A DNA stretch of 64,000 nt, from the NCBI GenBank assembly GCA_036505015.1, contig DASXUC010000026.1, forward strand, positions 4,229-68,228. The letters are read 5' to 3'. Below the pieces are notes generated by a model. That model made no database searches and was not told the DNA's origin. It was given only the letters and a program-made list of their open reading frames with translations. The DNA is from a bacterium (GTDB taxonomy: Bacteria; Sysuimicrobiota; Sysuimicrobiia; Sysuimicrobiales; Kaftiobacteriaceae). The position numbers and the translations under genes were made by a program. This document shows positions 45,379 through 53,623 of this stretch, piece after piece. Position 1 is the stretch's first letter; every line of letters starts with the position of its first letter.

Positions 45379-46467
45379 TCAGCGGGCGGCGGAAGGCTGA
45401 CGAGCGGCGTTGTCGCGGATGCGCGCAATTTCATCGTCGCTGATGGCGCGCTCGAACCGCCGGAAACCGGCCAGTTTGAATCCATGTTTGCGGGCCAGCG
45501 CGCTGATCTCTTCGACCTGGGCCAGTGTGATCTCCCGCCCCAGCGTGAAGTTCTCATAGCGGCCTTCCAGGGCGAGGATGATCGTCTCGGCCATACACGC
45601 CTCACAGGTCCGCGGCGGGAACCCGAAATCGAAACCGAAATCCACGGGGCCGGGAACCTCGATCACGCCACCGTCAATGACCAAGACGTCGTTCCGCCGC
45701 TCGTAGACCAGGCGCGACACGTTGCGGGGCCTGGCCACGTCGCAGACTACCGCGCCCGGTCGCAGTTGGTTCGGCTCGATGAGGGTATCGGTGGCCGCGG
45801 ACACCGTCAGCACGACGTCGGCCTCGCGCACGCTGCGGGCGGGATCCACCGACGTGCTGAGCTGTGCCCGGCTGCCCGGCCGCAGCCGCTCTGCCAGCGT
45901 GTCGAGATCGGCCGGCGTCCGCGCGATGAGGATCAGCCGGCCCACCGCACGGCTGAGTATTTCACTGCAGATGGCGCCGATGGAGCCCGTGGCGCCGACG
46001 ACAGCCGCCGTACCGGCCGAGACCTCGATCGCCATGCGTTGCGCCGCCAGCAGCGCGCCCTCCACCGCCGTGGCGGCCGTGTAGCTGTTGCCGGTGGTGA
46101 CGGCGATGCGCAGATTCCGGGCCACGGTGACACCGCGGTCCCCAACGATCTTGGTGAAAGCACCCAGGCCGAAGATCCTGGCTCCTTGCCCCTCGGCAAG
46201 GCGGCCGGACTCGATCAGGCGGCGGTACACAAAGGGCAGCGGGGACTCCAGCAGCATCCGCGGGGTCAGGGGCAGCGCCACGAACCACCCCTCCGCCCGC
46301 GCCCCGGTCGCCGACTCGATGCCGCGGACATGCGAGACCACTCGAGGTCCAATCCACCGGCCGGCGGCTTCGACCCACCGCTCCGGCAGGCGCCTCGTGA
46401 ATGGGTACTTCCGGGCGAAATCAGCGATCTTGAGAGGATGGAGCAGGAAGGCGAACCGGCCGGTCAA
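45379..46467 (-). CDS. NAD(P)-binding oxidoreductase of the acyl-ACP-reductase-like / shikimate-dehydrogenase-like family
   Basis: FAFLLHPL N-terminus and the Rossmann motif VVGATGSIGAI. The layout resembles cyanobacterial acyl-ACP reductase. Function is not established. Confidence 0.6.
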   Translation of the reverse strand: MTGRFAFLLHPLKIADFARKYPFTRRLPERWVEAAGRWIGPRVVSHVRGIESATGARAEGWFVALPLTPRMLLESPLPFVYRRLIESGRLAEGQGARIFGLGAFTKIVGDRGVTVARNLRIAVTTGNSYTAATAVEGALLAAQRMAIEVSAGTAAVVGATGSIGAICSEILSRAVGRLILIARTPADLDTLAERLRPGSRAQLSTSVDPARSVREADVVLTVSAATDTLIEPNQLRPGAVVCDVARPRNVSRLVYERRNDVLVIDGGVIEVPGPVDFGFDFGFPPRTCEACMAETIILALEGRYENFTLGREITLAQVEEISALARKHGFKLAGFRRFERAISDDEIARIRDNAARQPSAAR

Positions 46468-47414
46468 GAACGGGCCTCTCGGACCTCGGTCCCCGGACCC
46501 CGGGCCCCCGGATTGAGTTCCTCAATCCGGGGTTCAAACCCCGCGCGCAGCAGGGTGTCGAGATACTCCTGCGGGGGGATGTCCTCCGGCCGCTTGCCGG
46601 TGACGGCGACAACGATTCCCTGCAGCACATTGGTCGCAAACGAGCGCCCACCCATGTCCGGCCCGTCGGTGATCAGTATCCACACACCCCGCTTGCGCAG
46701 TTCGTCCACGTCGGTGGAGGTAATCGTCTGGGTGAAGATGATCTTCCCGCGCAGATTGTCCGGCATGAACCGGCGGATGAGATGGAAGTCGCCGGCGACC
46801 ACGTCCGCCCAGGCGTAGTACGAGCCGTGCTTGGGGGTGATCTGGTCCTGCTTCTCTCCGGTGGGATACAGGAAGCGAATCGGGACCTGCGTCAGCACGG
46901 GCAGCAGCAGGGCGGCGAGGATCTTCACCGACGCCAGCGACCGCAGCGGGATGGGCAGTCCGAGGGCAAAGATGAAGTCGCCGAACAGGACGTCGGCGCC
47001 CGCCTCCGTGAACGCCTCGGCCTGCCCGTAGCGGTCGACGGAGGAGACGAGCAACACCTTGCGGCCGCGGAACGAGATGCCTTTCTGCGCGGGCAGGTAA
47101 TCCGTAATCAGCCAGCGCTCCCACGAGGCCTTCACGCCCCCGCCGTCGACGATCGGCGTCTTCCTGACGTGGCTGATCATGCGCGCGGTCTCGCGGATCA
47201 GATACCGCCGGGTGCCCGCGCGCAGGTACAGGTCGGTGCCCCCCACCCCCAGCGCGTCCACCTGGCCGTCGAGCTCGCGCAGCAGCTCGGTAGCGCGCAG
47301 CACGTTTCCATTCGTACCGATGCGTTCGATGGTGATGGGCTGGCCCAGAATGACGGTTTCAAAACGATGGTCGCGCTTGCTGGAGCCGAGGCTGACGGAG
47401 ACGACGCGCTTCAC
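46464..47414 (-). CDS. Conserved hypothetical protein (no confident family)
   Basis: Good coding look. Start refined to the GTG at 47414 (AAGGAG RBS, GTGA overlap with the coaX stop). The C-terminal ~23 codons are encoded by a repeat/hairpin element. Confidence 0.55.
   Translation of the reverse strand: MKRVVSVSLGSSKRDHRFETVILGQPITIERIGTNGNVLRATELLRELDGQVDALGVGGTDLYLRAGTRRYLIRETARMISHVRKTPIVDGGGVKASWERWLITDYLPAQKGISFRGRKVLLVSSVDRYGQAEAFTEAGADVLFGDFIFALGLPIPLRSLASVKILAALLLPVLTQVPIRFLYPTGEKQDQITPKHGSYYAWADVVAGDFHLIRRFMPDNLRGKIIFTQTITSTDVDELRKRGVWILITDGPDMGGRSFATNVLQGIVVAVTGKRPEDIPPQEYLDTLLRAGFEPRIEELNPGARGPGTEVREARS
46471..46532. repeat. Heptad array (CGGNCCN x5-6) joined to a perfect 12-bp hairpin, inside the 3' end of ORF 46464-47414
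   Basis: CGGGCCT..CGGACCT CGGTCCC CGGACCC CGGGCCC, then CCCCGGATTGAG-TTC-CTCAATCCGGGG (46506-46532). Confidence 0.85.
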
Positions 47415-48214
47415 GAGGACTCCTTGGCTCGGCCGGCGGGCAAGGGTTCCGGGACCTGGTTCCGCTGGTGGATGATCCGGAGCCCCTCCAATGTCAGCAG
47501 CGGGTCGTGATGCTCGATGCTCCGGCATTCCCCGGCGATCAGCTCGGCCCAACCGCCGGTCGCGACGGTGACGGCCCGCCCGCCGAGCTCGCGCCGCATG
47601 CGGTCGATGATCTCTTCGACCTGGCCGACGACGCCGTAGAGGATTCCCGACTGCAGGGCGGTGACCGTCGACCGCGCGATCACCGACGGCGGCCGGACCA
47701 GTTCCACGCGGCGCAGTTGCGCCAATTCGGCCAGCGCATCCATGGAAATGCCGACGCCGGGAGCAATCGCCCCGCCCATGAAGTCGCCGTCTGACGACAC
47801 GACGGTGAACGTGGTGGCCGTGCCGAAGTCCACCACGATGGCCGGACCGCCGTACTTCTCGAACACCGCGATGGCATTGCAGATCCGGTCCGCCCCGACT
47901 TCCTTCGGGTTCTCGTAGTGAATGCGAATCCCGGTCCGCACCCCGGGGCCGACCACCAGCGGCGCGACGCCGAAATACCGGCGGGAGAGGCGGTCGAACA
48001 CCTCGGTCAGCGCCGGCACGACGCAGGAGACCGCGACGGATTCGATCCGCGAGAACGGGATGCCGGCGTAGTCGAACAGGCCCCGCAGCACGATCGCGTA
48101 TTCATCGTCGGTCTTGTCCGGGTCGGTGGCAATCCGCCACGAGTTGGCCAGGGCGGCATCCTGATAGATGCCGATCTTGATCAGCGTGTTGTTGATATTC
48201 AGCGCGAGGAGCAT
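47411..48214 (-). CDS. coaX: Type III pantothenate kinase
   Basis: LLALNINNT N-terminus and the VVDFGTATTF and GG..P ASKHA-fold motifs. Confidence 0.9.
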   Translation of the reverse strand: MLLALNINNTLIKIGIYQDAALANSWRIATDPDKTDDEYAIVLRGLFDYAGIPFSRIESVAVSCVVPALTEVFDRLSRRYFGVAPLVVGPGVRTGIRIHYENPKEVGADRICNAIAVFEKYGGPAIVVDFGTATTFTVVSSDGDFMGGAIAPGVGISMDALAELAQLRRVELVRPPSVIARSTVTALQSGILYGVVGQVEEIIDRMRRELGGRAVTVATGGWAELIAGECRSIEHHDPLLTLEGLRIIHQRNQVPEPLPAGRAKESS

Positions 48215-48801
48215 CAGGAGCGCGCTTGCCCTGAACCCGAGGGGACCGAGCGGTTCGAGGCGGCGGCCAGCCGCCGGGTCCGTCCGAGCGCGGCGAACAC
48301 GGGCACGGCGACGACCACGGCGAAGACGATTTCAAATGGAAAATTGACCACGATGATCGGTGCGACGGCGGTACGGAAATCCGGAACGCCCAAGAACCAG
48401 AGGATTCCCAGCACCCCCGCCGTGTTCGTGGCGGTCCCGACGATCCCGGCGACCACCGAGGCGGCGGTTCCGCGCAGCGCGCGATACGCGTAGAACGCGA
48501 GGACGCCGATCAGGATGCGGGGCAGAAACGCGGCGGCCGCCGCCACAGGCACATTGCCTCCGGCGAACTGCATGAAGACGCCGCTGAACTTGGTCCATGA
48601 GGCCACCGCCAGCACGAGGCCGACCAGAGCCCCCGCGACGGGCCCGGCAACGACGCCGGCGATAATCGCCGGAATGTGCAAGGTCGTCGCTGCTCCCGAC
48701 ACATTCGGTACGGGAACCAATCCCAGCGGCGTGTAGGCGAGCGCTATCGCAAGACCGCCGCAGATCCCTGCGACGGCGATTTGGAACGTGGTGAGGCGCA
48801 T
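48214..48801 (-). CDS. ECF-transporter S (substrate-capture) component-like membrane protein
   Basis: 195 aa, 6 TM, Gly/Ala-rich helices. It is immediately upstream of and overlapping coaX. Substrate assignment (pantothenate) is inference only. Confidence 0.6.
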   Translation of the reverse strand: MRLTTFQIAVAGICGGLAIALAYTPLGLVPVPNVSGAATTLHIPAIIAGVVAGPVAGALVGLVLAVASWTKFSGVFMQFAGGNVPVAAAAAFLPRILIGVLAFYAYRALRGTAASVVAGIVGTATNTAGVLGILWFLGVPDFRTAVAPIIVVNFPFEIVFAVVVAVPVFAALGRTRRLAAASNRSVPSGSGQARS

Positions 48802-48862
48802 CGATGATCCCTCCGTTCCAGTCTCAGATGAGTACCGGACGGACTTGATCGTACCACAACTA

Positions 48863-48960
48863 CAGGTGTCGGGTCTCAGGTGCCAGGTCTTCAGGTCTCA
48901 GGTCTCGGTTTTCAGGTGGTTTCATCTGAAATCTGACACCTGAAACCTGGCACCTGATTT
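48863..48960. repeat. Inverted heptad arrays (CAGGTCT units x8 / CTGAAAC-type x5) between the S58 peptidase and the ECF-S gene
   Basis: CAGGTGT CGGGTCT CAGGTGC CAGGTCT (T) CAGGTCT CAGGTCT CGGTTTT CAGGTGG ... CTGAAAT CTGACAC CTGAAAC CTGGCAC CTGATTT. Confidence 0.9.
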
Positions 48961-49909
48961 AGCGGTTATCAGCGAGTCCGGGAATTCCGTGCAGACCCTT
49001 CGCAGTGAGGACGCCCCGCTTCACTGACATGGCCACGGCTTCCACCGCGGCCACCCCGAGCTGGAGCAGGTCGGCGGCGGCGGTTCCGCAAGACAGTGCG
49101 AAGATCGTGTCCCCGTCGTACTGCGTGTGCACCGGCCAGATGGTACGGGCCAGGCCGTCGTGCGCCAGCTGCGCCAGCCGGGTCGCCTCGGCCTTCGTGA
49201 GACGGGCGTTGGTGGCGACGACTCCCAGGCTGGTATGGCCAAATCCGATCGGCTCCTCCAGCGTCAGGACGGCGCGTACGCTGTCGATGAGGTCTCCCGT
49301 CGCCGGATCCCGCGCACCGGCAAGAATCCGCCCGGTGTGATCGTCACGTACGTCGCCGAAGGAGTTGACTACGACCAGCGCGCCGACGATGACGCCACCG
49401 GGCAGGGTGATGCTCCAGGTGCCGACGCCGCCTTTCATGGCCGACAGCGGACCCAGGACCTTGCCGACCGTAGCGCCGGTCCCGGCACCCACACTGCCTT
49501 CCTCCACCGGCCCGCGCGCCGCGGCCTCAGAGGCCCGATATCCCATCTCCGCGCCCGGCCGGACGCCGGCGTCGCCCAGCGCAAGGTCGAACAGCGCGGC
49601 CGCGGGGACGATGGGCACCCGGGCTACGCCGATATCAAACCCGATGCCGTGCTCCTCCAGGAATCGCATCACGCCGTCGGCGGCGGCCAGACCAAATGCG
49701 CTGCCGCCCGCCAGCAGCACGGCGTGGATCCGGTCCATCATGGCGGACGGGTGCAGCAGATCGGTTTCGCGCGTGCCGGGCGCACCACCCCGCACATCGA
49801 CGCCGGCGACCGCCCCGGACCCGCACAGCACCACCGTGCAGCCGGTCGCGCCAACCCGATCGGTTGCGTGCCCGATCATCACTTCTTCCACGTCGGTGAT
49901 CTGCGGCAT
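48959..49909 (-). CDS. Peptidase family S58 (DmpA / P1 aminopeptidase-like)
   Basis: GHATD...TGCTVVL N-terminus and the internal GNS/GT self-processing region pattern. Confidence 0.8.
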   Translation of the reverse strand: MPQITDVEEVMIGHATDRVGATGCTVVLCGSGAVAGVDVRGGAPGTRETDLLHPSAMMDRIHAVLLAGGSAFGLAAADGVMRFLEEHGIGFDIGVARVPIVPAAALFDLALGDAGVRPGAEMGYRASEAAARGPVEEGSVGAGTGATVGKVLGPLSAMKGGVGTWSITLPGGVIVGALVVVNSFGDVRDDHTGRILAGARDPATGDLIDSVRAVLTLEEPIGFGHTSLGVVATNARLTKAEATRLAQLAHDGLARTIWPVHTQYDGDTIFALSCGTAAADLLQLGVAAVEAVAMSVKRGVLTAKGLHGIPGLADNR

Positions 49910-49912
49910 CGG

Positions 49913-50710
49913 TTACTTCTCCAGAGGTTCGCCCGATCTGAGACGGATGCTCACCTCACCGGCGCTGACGGCCTTCACCCCATCGGCCGTGCGGACCAGC
50001 AGCGCTCCCGATTCGTCGAGCCCTTCCACCACTCCATCGAACGTCGTGGCCCCGATCACGTGCACCGCTCGCCCCAGCGCCACCGAGCGGCGGCGCCACT
50101 CATCGAGGATCCAGGTCCTGTCGGTCTGCAGCCGGGGATAGTACTGCTCGAGGGACAGGAGCAGTCCGGCGGCCAGACCGGCGAGATCGAGCGGGCGGCC
50201 GGTGATCGCCTGCAGCGAGGTGACGGTATGCTGCATCGCCGGCTCGAACGCCTCGAGCGCCACGTTCGCGTTGATACCCACCCCACCGATGGCGAAGGCG
50301 CCGGTGCCTTCCACCAGCACGCCACCCAGCTTGCGCGAGCGGATCATGATATCGTTCGGCCACTTCACGCCGGTGCGGAGGCCGGTGGCGGCGTCGATCG
50401 CGCTGCACGCGGCCAGCGCAAGGACGAAGCCGAGCAGCGGCCAATCCCCGACCGGCAGGGCCGGGCGGAACACCACCGACATCCACAGGCCGCCGCGGGG
50501 AGAAAGCCACGCGCGTCCGAGCCGTCCACGGCCGGAGCGCTGTTCGCGCGCGATGACGGCGGTCCCTTCGGCCGCCCCGGAGGAGGCCAGCTGCCTGGCC
50601 ACATCATTCGTCGACGTCACGGCGTCGTGCAGGCGCAGCACGCGCCCAAAGCGGACCGTTTCCAGGCGCCTGGCAACCTCCTCGGCGGACAGATCCGCAG
50701 CACGCATCAT
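49913..50710 (-). CDS. birA: Biotin--[acetyl-CoA-carboxylase] ligase
   Basis: QRSGRGRLGRAW and KWPNDI motifs. Start refined to the ATG at 50710. No obvious N-terminal HTH. Confidence 0.85.
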   Translation of the reverse strand: MMRAADLSAEEVARRLETVRFGRVLRLHDAVTSTNDVARQLASSGAAEGTAVIAREQRSGRGRLGRAWLSPRGGLWMSVVFRPALPVGDWPLLGFVLALAACSAIDAATGLRTGVKWPNDIMIRSRKLGGVLVEGTGAFAIGGVGINANVALEAFEPAMQHTVTSLQAITGRPLDLAGLAAGLLLSLEQYYPRLQTDRTWILDEWRRRSVALGRAVHVIGATTFDGVVEGLDESGALLVRTADGVKAVSAGEVSIRLRSGEPLEK

Positions 50711-50711
50711 C

Positions 50712-51335
50712 TCAGCGCTCCACGAGGGGGAACAGCGAGGGCAGGCGCGACTGCATATCGGCAATCAGCGCGTCGAGATTCGCCAGGTCCAGGGCGCCGG
50801 CATCGACCGTGAGGACCGGGCAGAGCGTGAAATTGTCGATCCATTCGGCATAGCGATCGTTCAGCTGTTCCAGGTACGCCTGGGGAATCCGCTGCTCATA
50901 ATCGCGCGCGCGGTGCCGGATGCGCTCCATCAGGGTCGGCACCGATGCGCTGAGGTAGAGCACGAGATCCGGGGGCCGCAGAAACTGCATCATGGTGTTG
51001 AACAGGTCGTAGTAACTGCGGAAGTCGCGTTCATCCATCAAACCCTGCAGGTAGAGGTTGCGCGCGAAGATCTCCGCATCCTCATAGATAGTGCGGTCCT
51101 GGATCACCGACTGCGGGGCGTGCACAATTTCCTGGTGATGCTGAAAACGCTTGCTGAGGAAGAAGACCTGCAGGTGAAAGCTCCAGCGCGGCATGTTGCC
51201 GTAGAAGTCGGGCAGGTACGGGTTCTCATCGACGACCTCATAGTACGGCGTCCAGCCGAGCCGATCGCTCAGCACGGTCGTCAAGGTGGACTTGCCCGAC
51301 CCGATATTGCCGCTGACGGCGACGAACCACTTCAC
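50712..51335 (-). CDS. Deoxynucleoside kinase (dAK/dGK family), copy 1
   Basis: P-loop GNIGSGKST and ENPYLPDFY motifs. Start refined to the GTG at 51335. The track N-terminus is repeat-encoded. Confidence 0.85.
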   Translation of the reverse strand: MKWFVAVSGNIGSGKSTLTTVLSDRLGWTPYYEVVDENPYLPDFYGNMPRWSFHLQVFFLSKRFQHHQEIVHAPQSVIQDRTIYEDAEIFARNLYLQGLMDERDFRSYYDLFNTMMQFLRPPDLVLYLSASVPTLMERIRHRARDYEQRIPQAYLEQLNDRYAEWIDNFTLCPVLTVDAGALDLANLDALIADMQSRLPSLFPLVER

Positions 51336-51345
51336 GGCAACCCCC

Positions 51346-51407
51346 CAACGACTGTTCGTCGTTGGTGGTTGATGGTTGATCGTTCGACCAACGACCAACG
51401 TCCAACG
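51346..51407. repeat. Inverted heptad arrays (NNNGGTT x4 / CGACCAA x3) between the two deoxynucleoside kinase genes
   Basis: CGTCGTT GGTGGTT GATGGTT GATCGTT | CGACCAA CGACCAA CGTCCAA. Same unit as at 20157. Confidence 0.9.
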
Positions 51408-51412
51408 GGTTA

Positions 51413-52090
51413 CTACTTCTGGACTGTCGCGGCGACATAGTGCAATATCTGCGCCAGATCCGCTTTCGAAAAGATGTCGACCTTGTCCGTATCGACGGTC
51501 AGGACCGCCACCTCATCATACGCGGGCACGAACTCCTCATAGACCTCGCACAGCCGGGCCAGGTAGTCCCGTTCGATGGCGCGCTCGAAGGGCCTGTCGC
51601 GCTGGGCGATCCGCCGCAGCAGCGTCTCCAGATCCGCCCGCAGGTAGACAACGACATCGGGGACGACCGTGGTCGGGGCCACGATCGCAAACAGCCGGTC
51701 GTAGAGGTCCAGTTCCCGTTCGTCGAGATTCATCCGTGCAAACAGCCGGTCCTTCAGGAAGATGTAGTCGCTGACCACCGAGATTCCGCTGGCGCGCCTG
51801 GCCTTGATCGCGTCCTGCTGGCGGTGGCGGCTGAGGAAGAAGAAGATCTGCGTCTGGAAGGCATAACCGCGGATGTCCTGGTAGAAGCGCAAGAGGAATG
51901 GATTCTCCTCCACCACCTCCAGGACGGGCTCGGCTCCCAGCGCATCGGCCAGCAGCCGCGTCAGCGTGGTCTTGCCGACGCCGATCGGCCCTTCCACGGC
52001 GACGTGCAGGCCCGCCGGACGCGTACCGTCCCCACGCAGGAGGACCTCCTGACTGGTCCGCGGCGGTCGGAAGGACAGCGTGGAGGTCAT
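51413..52090 (-). CDS. Deoxynucleoside kinase (dAK/dGK family), copy 2
   Basis: P-loop GPIGVGKTT and ENPFLLRFY motifs. Confidence 0.85.
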   Translation of the reverse strand: MTSTLSFRPPRTSQEVLLRGDGTRPAGLHVAVEGPIGVGKTTLTRLLADALGAEPVLEVVEENPFLLRFYQDIRGYAFQTQIFFFLSRHRQQDAIKARRASGISVVSDYIFLKDRLFARMNLDERELDLYDRLFAIVAPTTVVPDVVVYLRADLETLLRRIAQRDRPFERAIERDYLARLCEVYEEFVPAYDEVAVLTVDTDKVDIFSKADLAQILHYVAATVQK

Positions 52091-52560
52091 TCCATCACCT
52101 TGCGCACGTCTTGATCCGCCACACCCGACATCAGGTCGCGCACCACACGTCCATCAGGCAGCGTCGCGCTGGGGGCAATCTCCAGCAGGGGTTCGAGCAC
52201 AAACCGCCGCCGTGTCAGCTCCGGGTGCGGTACCGCCAGGCGCGATGTCCGGATCGTCAGGTCGCCGTACAGCAGGATGTCAATGTCGATCGTGCGGGGA
52301 CCCCAGCGCACCTCGCGCGTTCTCCCCAGACCGGCTTCCACGCTGTGCACCAGATCGAGCAGGGCATCCGGCGGCAGGATCGTGTCCACCGCCACAACCT
52401 GGTTCAGAAATCTTTTCTGGGCTTCGTGTCCGATCGGGGCGGTTTCGTAGAGCGATGAACGCGCCGCGATCCGGATGTCACCGGACGCCTCCAGAGCAGC
52501 CAGCGCTTCTTCCAGCATCGCCTGCCGGTCACCGAGGTTTGAGCCCAGACTGAGGAACAC
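52087..52560 (-). CDS. folK: 2-amino-4-hydroxy-6-hydroxymethyldihydropteridine diphosphokinase
   Basis: FLSLGSNLGDR, YETAPIG and IDIDILLYG motifs. Start is probably the GTG at 52560. The upstream 25 track codons are repeat-encoded. Confidence 0.85.
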   Translation of the reverse strand: MFLSLGSNLGDRQAMLEEALAALEASGDIRIAARSSLYETAPIGHEAQKRFLNQVVAVDTILPPDALLDLVHSVEAGLGRTREVRWGPRTIDIDILLYGDLTIRTSRLAVPHPELTRRRFVLEPLLEIAPSATLPDGRVVRDLMSGVADQDVRKVME

Positions 52561-52566
52561 GCGGAC

Positions 52567-52620
52567 GGGCCTCGGGCCTGGGGCCCGTGGGCCTCTGGCC
52601 CACGGCCTCGGGCCCATGGG
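52567..52620. repeat. Heptad/octad array of GGGCCTN units in the folB-folK junction
   Basis: GGGCCTC GGGCCTG GGGCCCGT GGGCCTCT GGCCCAC GGCCTCG GGCCCAT. Self-complementary (GGGCC/GGCCC). Confidence 0.85.
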
Positions 52621-52641
52621 TTTACTCCGCGACACGAACCA

Positions 52642-53001
52642 TCACATGCGCTGGCGACGCACCGTGACCTCTGAATAGTCGAGCGGGCCCGGAAACCGGA
52701 CGCGCAGCTTGCGGACCGAGACCGTGACGCCATGCACCCGTTCGAGTTCCAGCACGCGCCGGGCAATCGATTCCGCCAGCGATTCCAGAAGGTTGCGCGG
52801 CGGGCCCTCCATGACCTCGCGGGCGCGCGCGTACACGTCGCGGTAATCGACCGTCTGCGTCAGCTCGTCGGAGCGCCCGGCCTCGCGGAGGTCGGCGTCC
52901 AGCACCACGTCGACCACAAACTCCTGACCCTGCGCGCGCTCCTCGGCAAGTGCGCCGTGGTAGCCGTAGAACCGCATCCCCTTCAAGACGATCGTGTCCA
53001 C
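52642..53001 (-). CDS. folB: Dihydroneopterin aldolase
   Basis: FYGYHGALAEERAQGQEF and DYRDVY motifs. Start refined to the GTG at 53001. Confidence 0.85.
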   Translation of the reverse strand: MDTIVLKGMRFYGYHGALAEERAQGQEFVVDVVLDADLREAGRSDELTQTVDYRDVYARAREVMEGPPRNLLESLAESIARRVLELERVHGVTVSVRKLRVRFPGPLDYSEVTVRRQRM

Positions 53002-53008
53002 CTCGACG

Positions 53009-53623
53009 TTAGGCCAGCGCGGCCTCGACAAGGTCCAGGGCCGCGGTGCGCAGTTCGTCCGCGCGCCGCTCGAGTTCGCGCGCACGGGCGGCGGTCTGAG
53101 TGCGGTATTCCTGATCCTTGATGGACTTCAGATTGATCGCCACGTTGAGCAGCGCGCCCCGCACCGCCGCGTGCGCCACCAGCGCGGCGACGCCCACGTC
53201 GCTGACCGTGTTGGGGTTGCCGATGCGGGCGATCTCGGGGGTCAGGGCAAGGACCAGCATCGCCTGCTCGGCGGTCGTCAAGGGGACCGCGGTGGCATTC
53301 TGCAGGGCCTCCTGCAGCGCCGCCTGCCTGGCCGCTTTCTCCGGCGCAGCGTCCCGCGGCATCCGCATCGCCGCCATCACCCGATCGAACGCGTCCGCGT
53401 CGCGGTCCACGAGCGCCAGCAGCGTGTCCGCCGCCTGGTCCGCCGTGCGAACCGACTGATCGAGCAGTTCGTCGTCCGCCCCCCGTCCCATCGACAATCT
53501 GGCCACCATCGCACTGAGGCCTGCGGCGACGGCGCCCGCCAGCGCCGCGGCGCTCCCCCCTCCGGGGGTCGGCTCGGCCGAAGCCAGCCGTTCGACGAAC
53601 GTGCGCACCGGTTCGTTGATCAT
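53009..53623 (-). CDS. Formiminotetrahydrofolate cyclodeaminase-family protein (FtcD C-terminal-domain homolog)
   Basis: FVERLASAEPTPGGGSAAALAGA signature of the cyclodeaminase/cyclohydrolase family. Confidence 0.8.
   Translation of the reverse strand: MINEPVRTFVERLASAEPTPGGGSAAALAGAVAAGLSAMVARLSMGRGADDELLDQSVRTADQAADTLLALVDRDADAFDRVMAAMRMPRDAAPEKAARQAALQEALQNATAVPLTTAEQAMLVLALTPEIARIGNPNTVSDVGVAALVAHAAVRGALLNVAINLKSIKDQEYRTQTAARARELERRADELRTAALDLVEAALA

Noticed and set aside
46506-46545. tRNA-like T-arm (GGGGTTCAAACCCC) next to a long stem.
   Set aside because: No acceptor or D-arm can be built, and the putative anticodon stem would be 10-12 bp. It lies in a repeat element inside a coding region.
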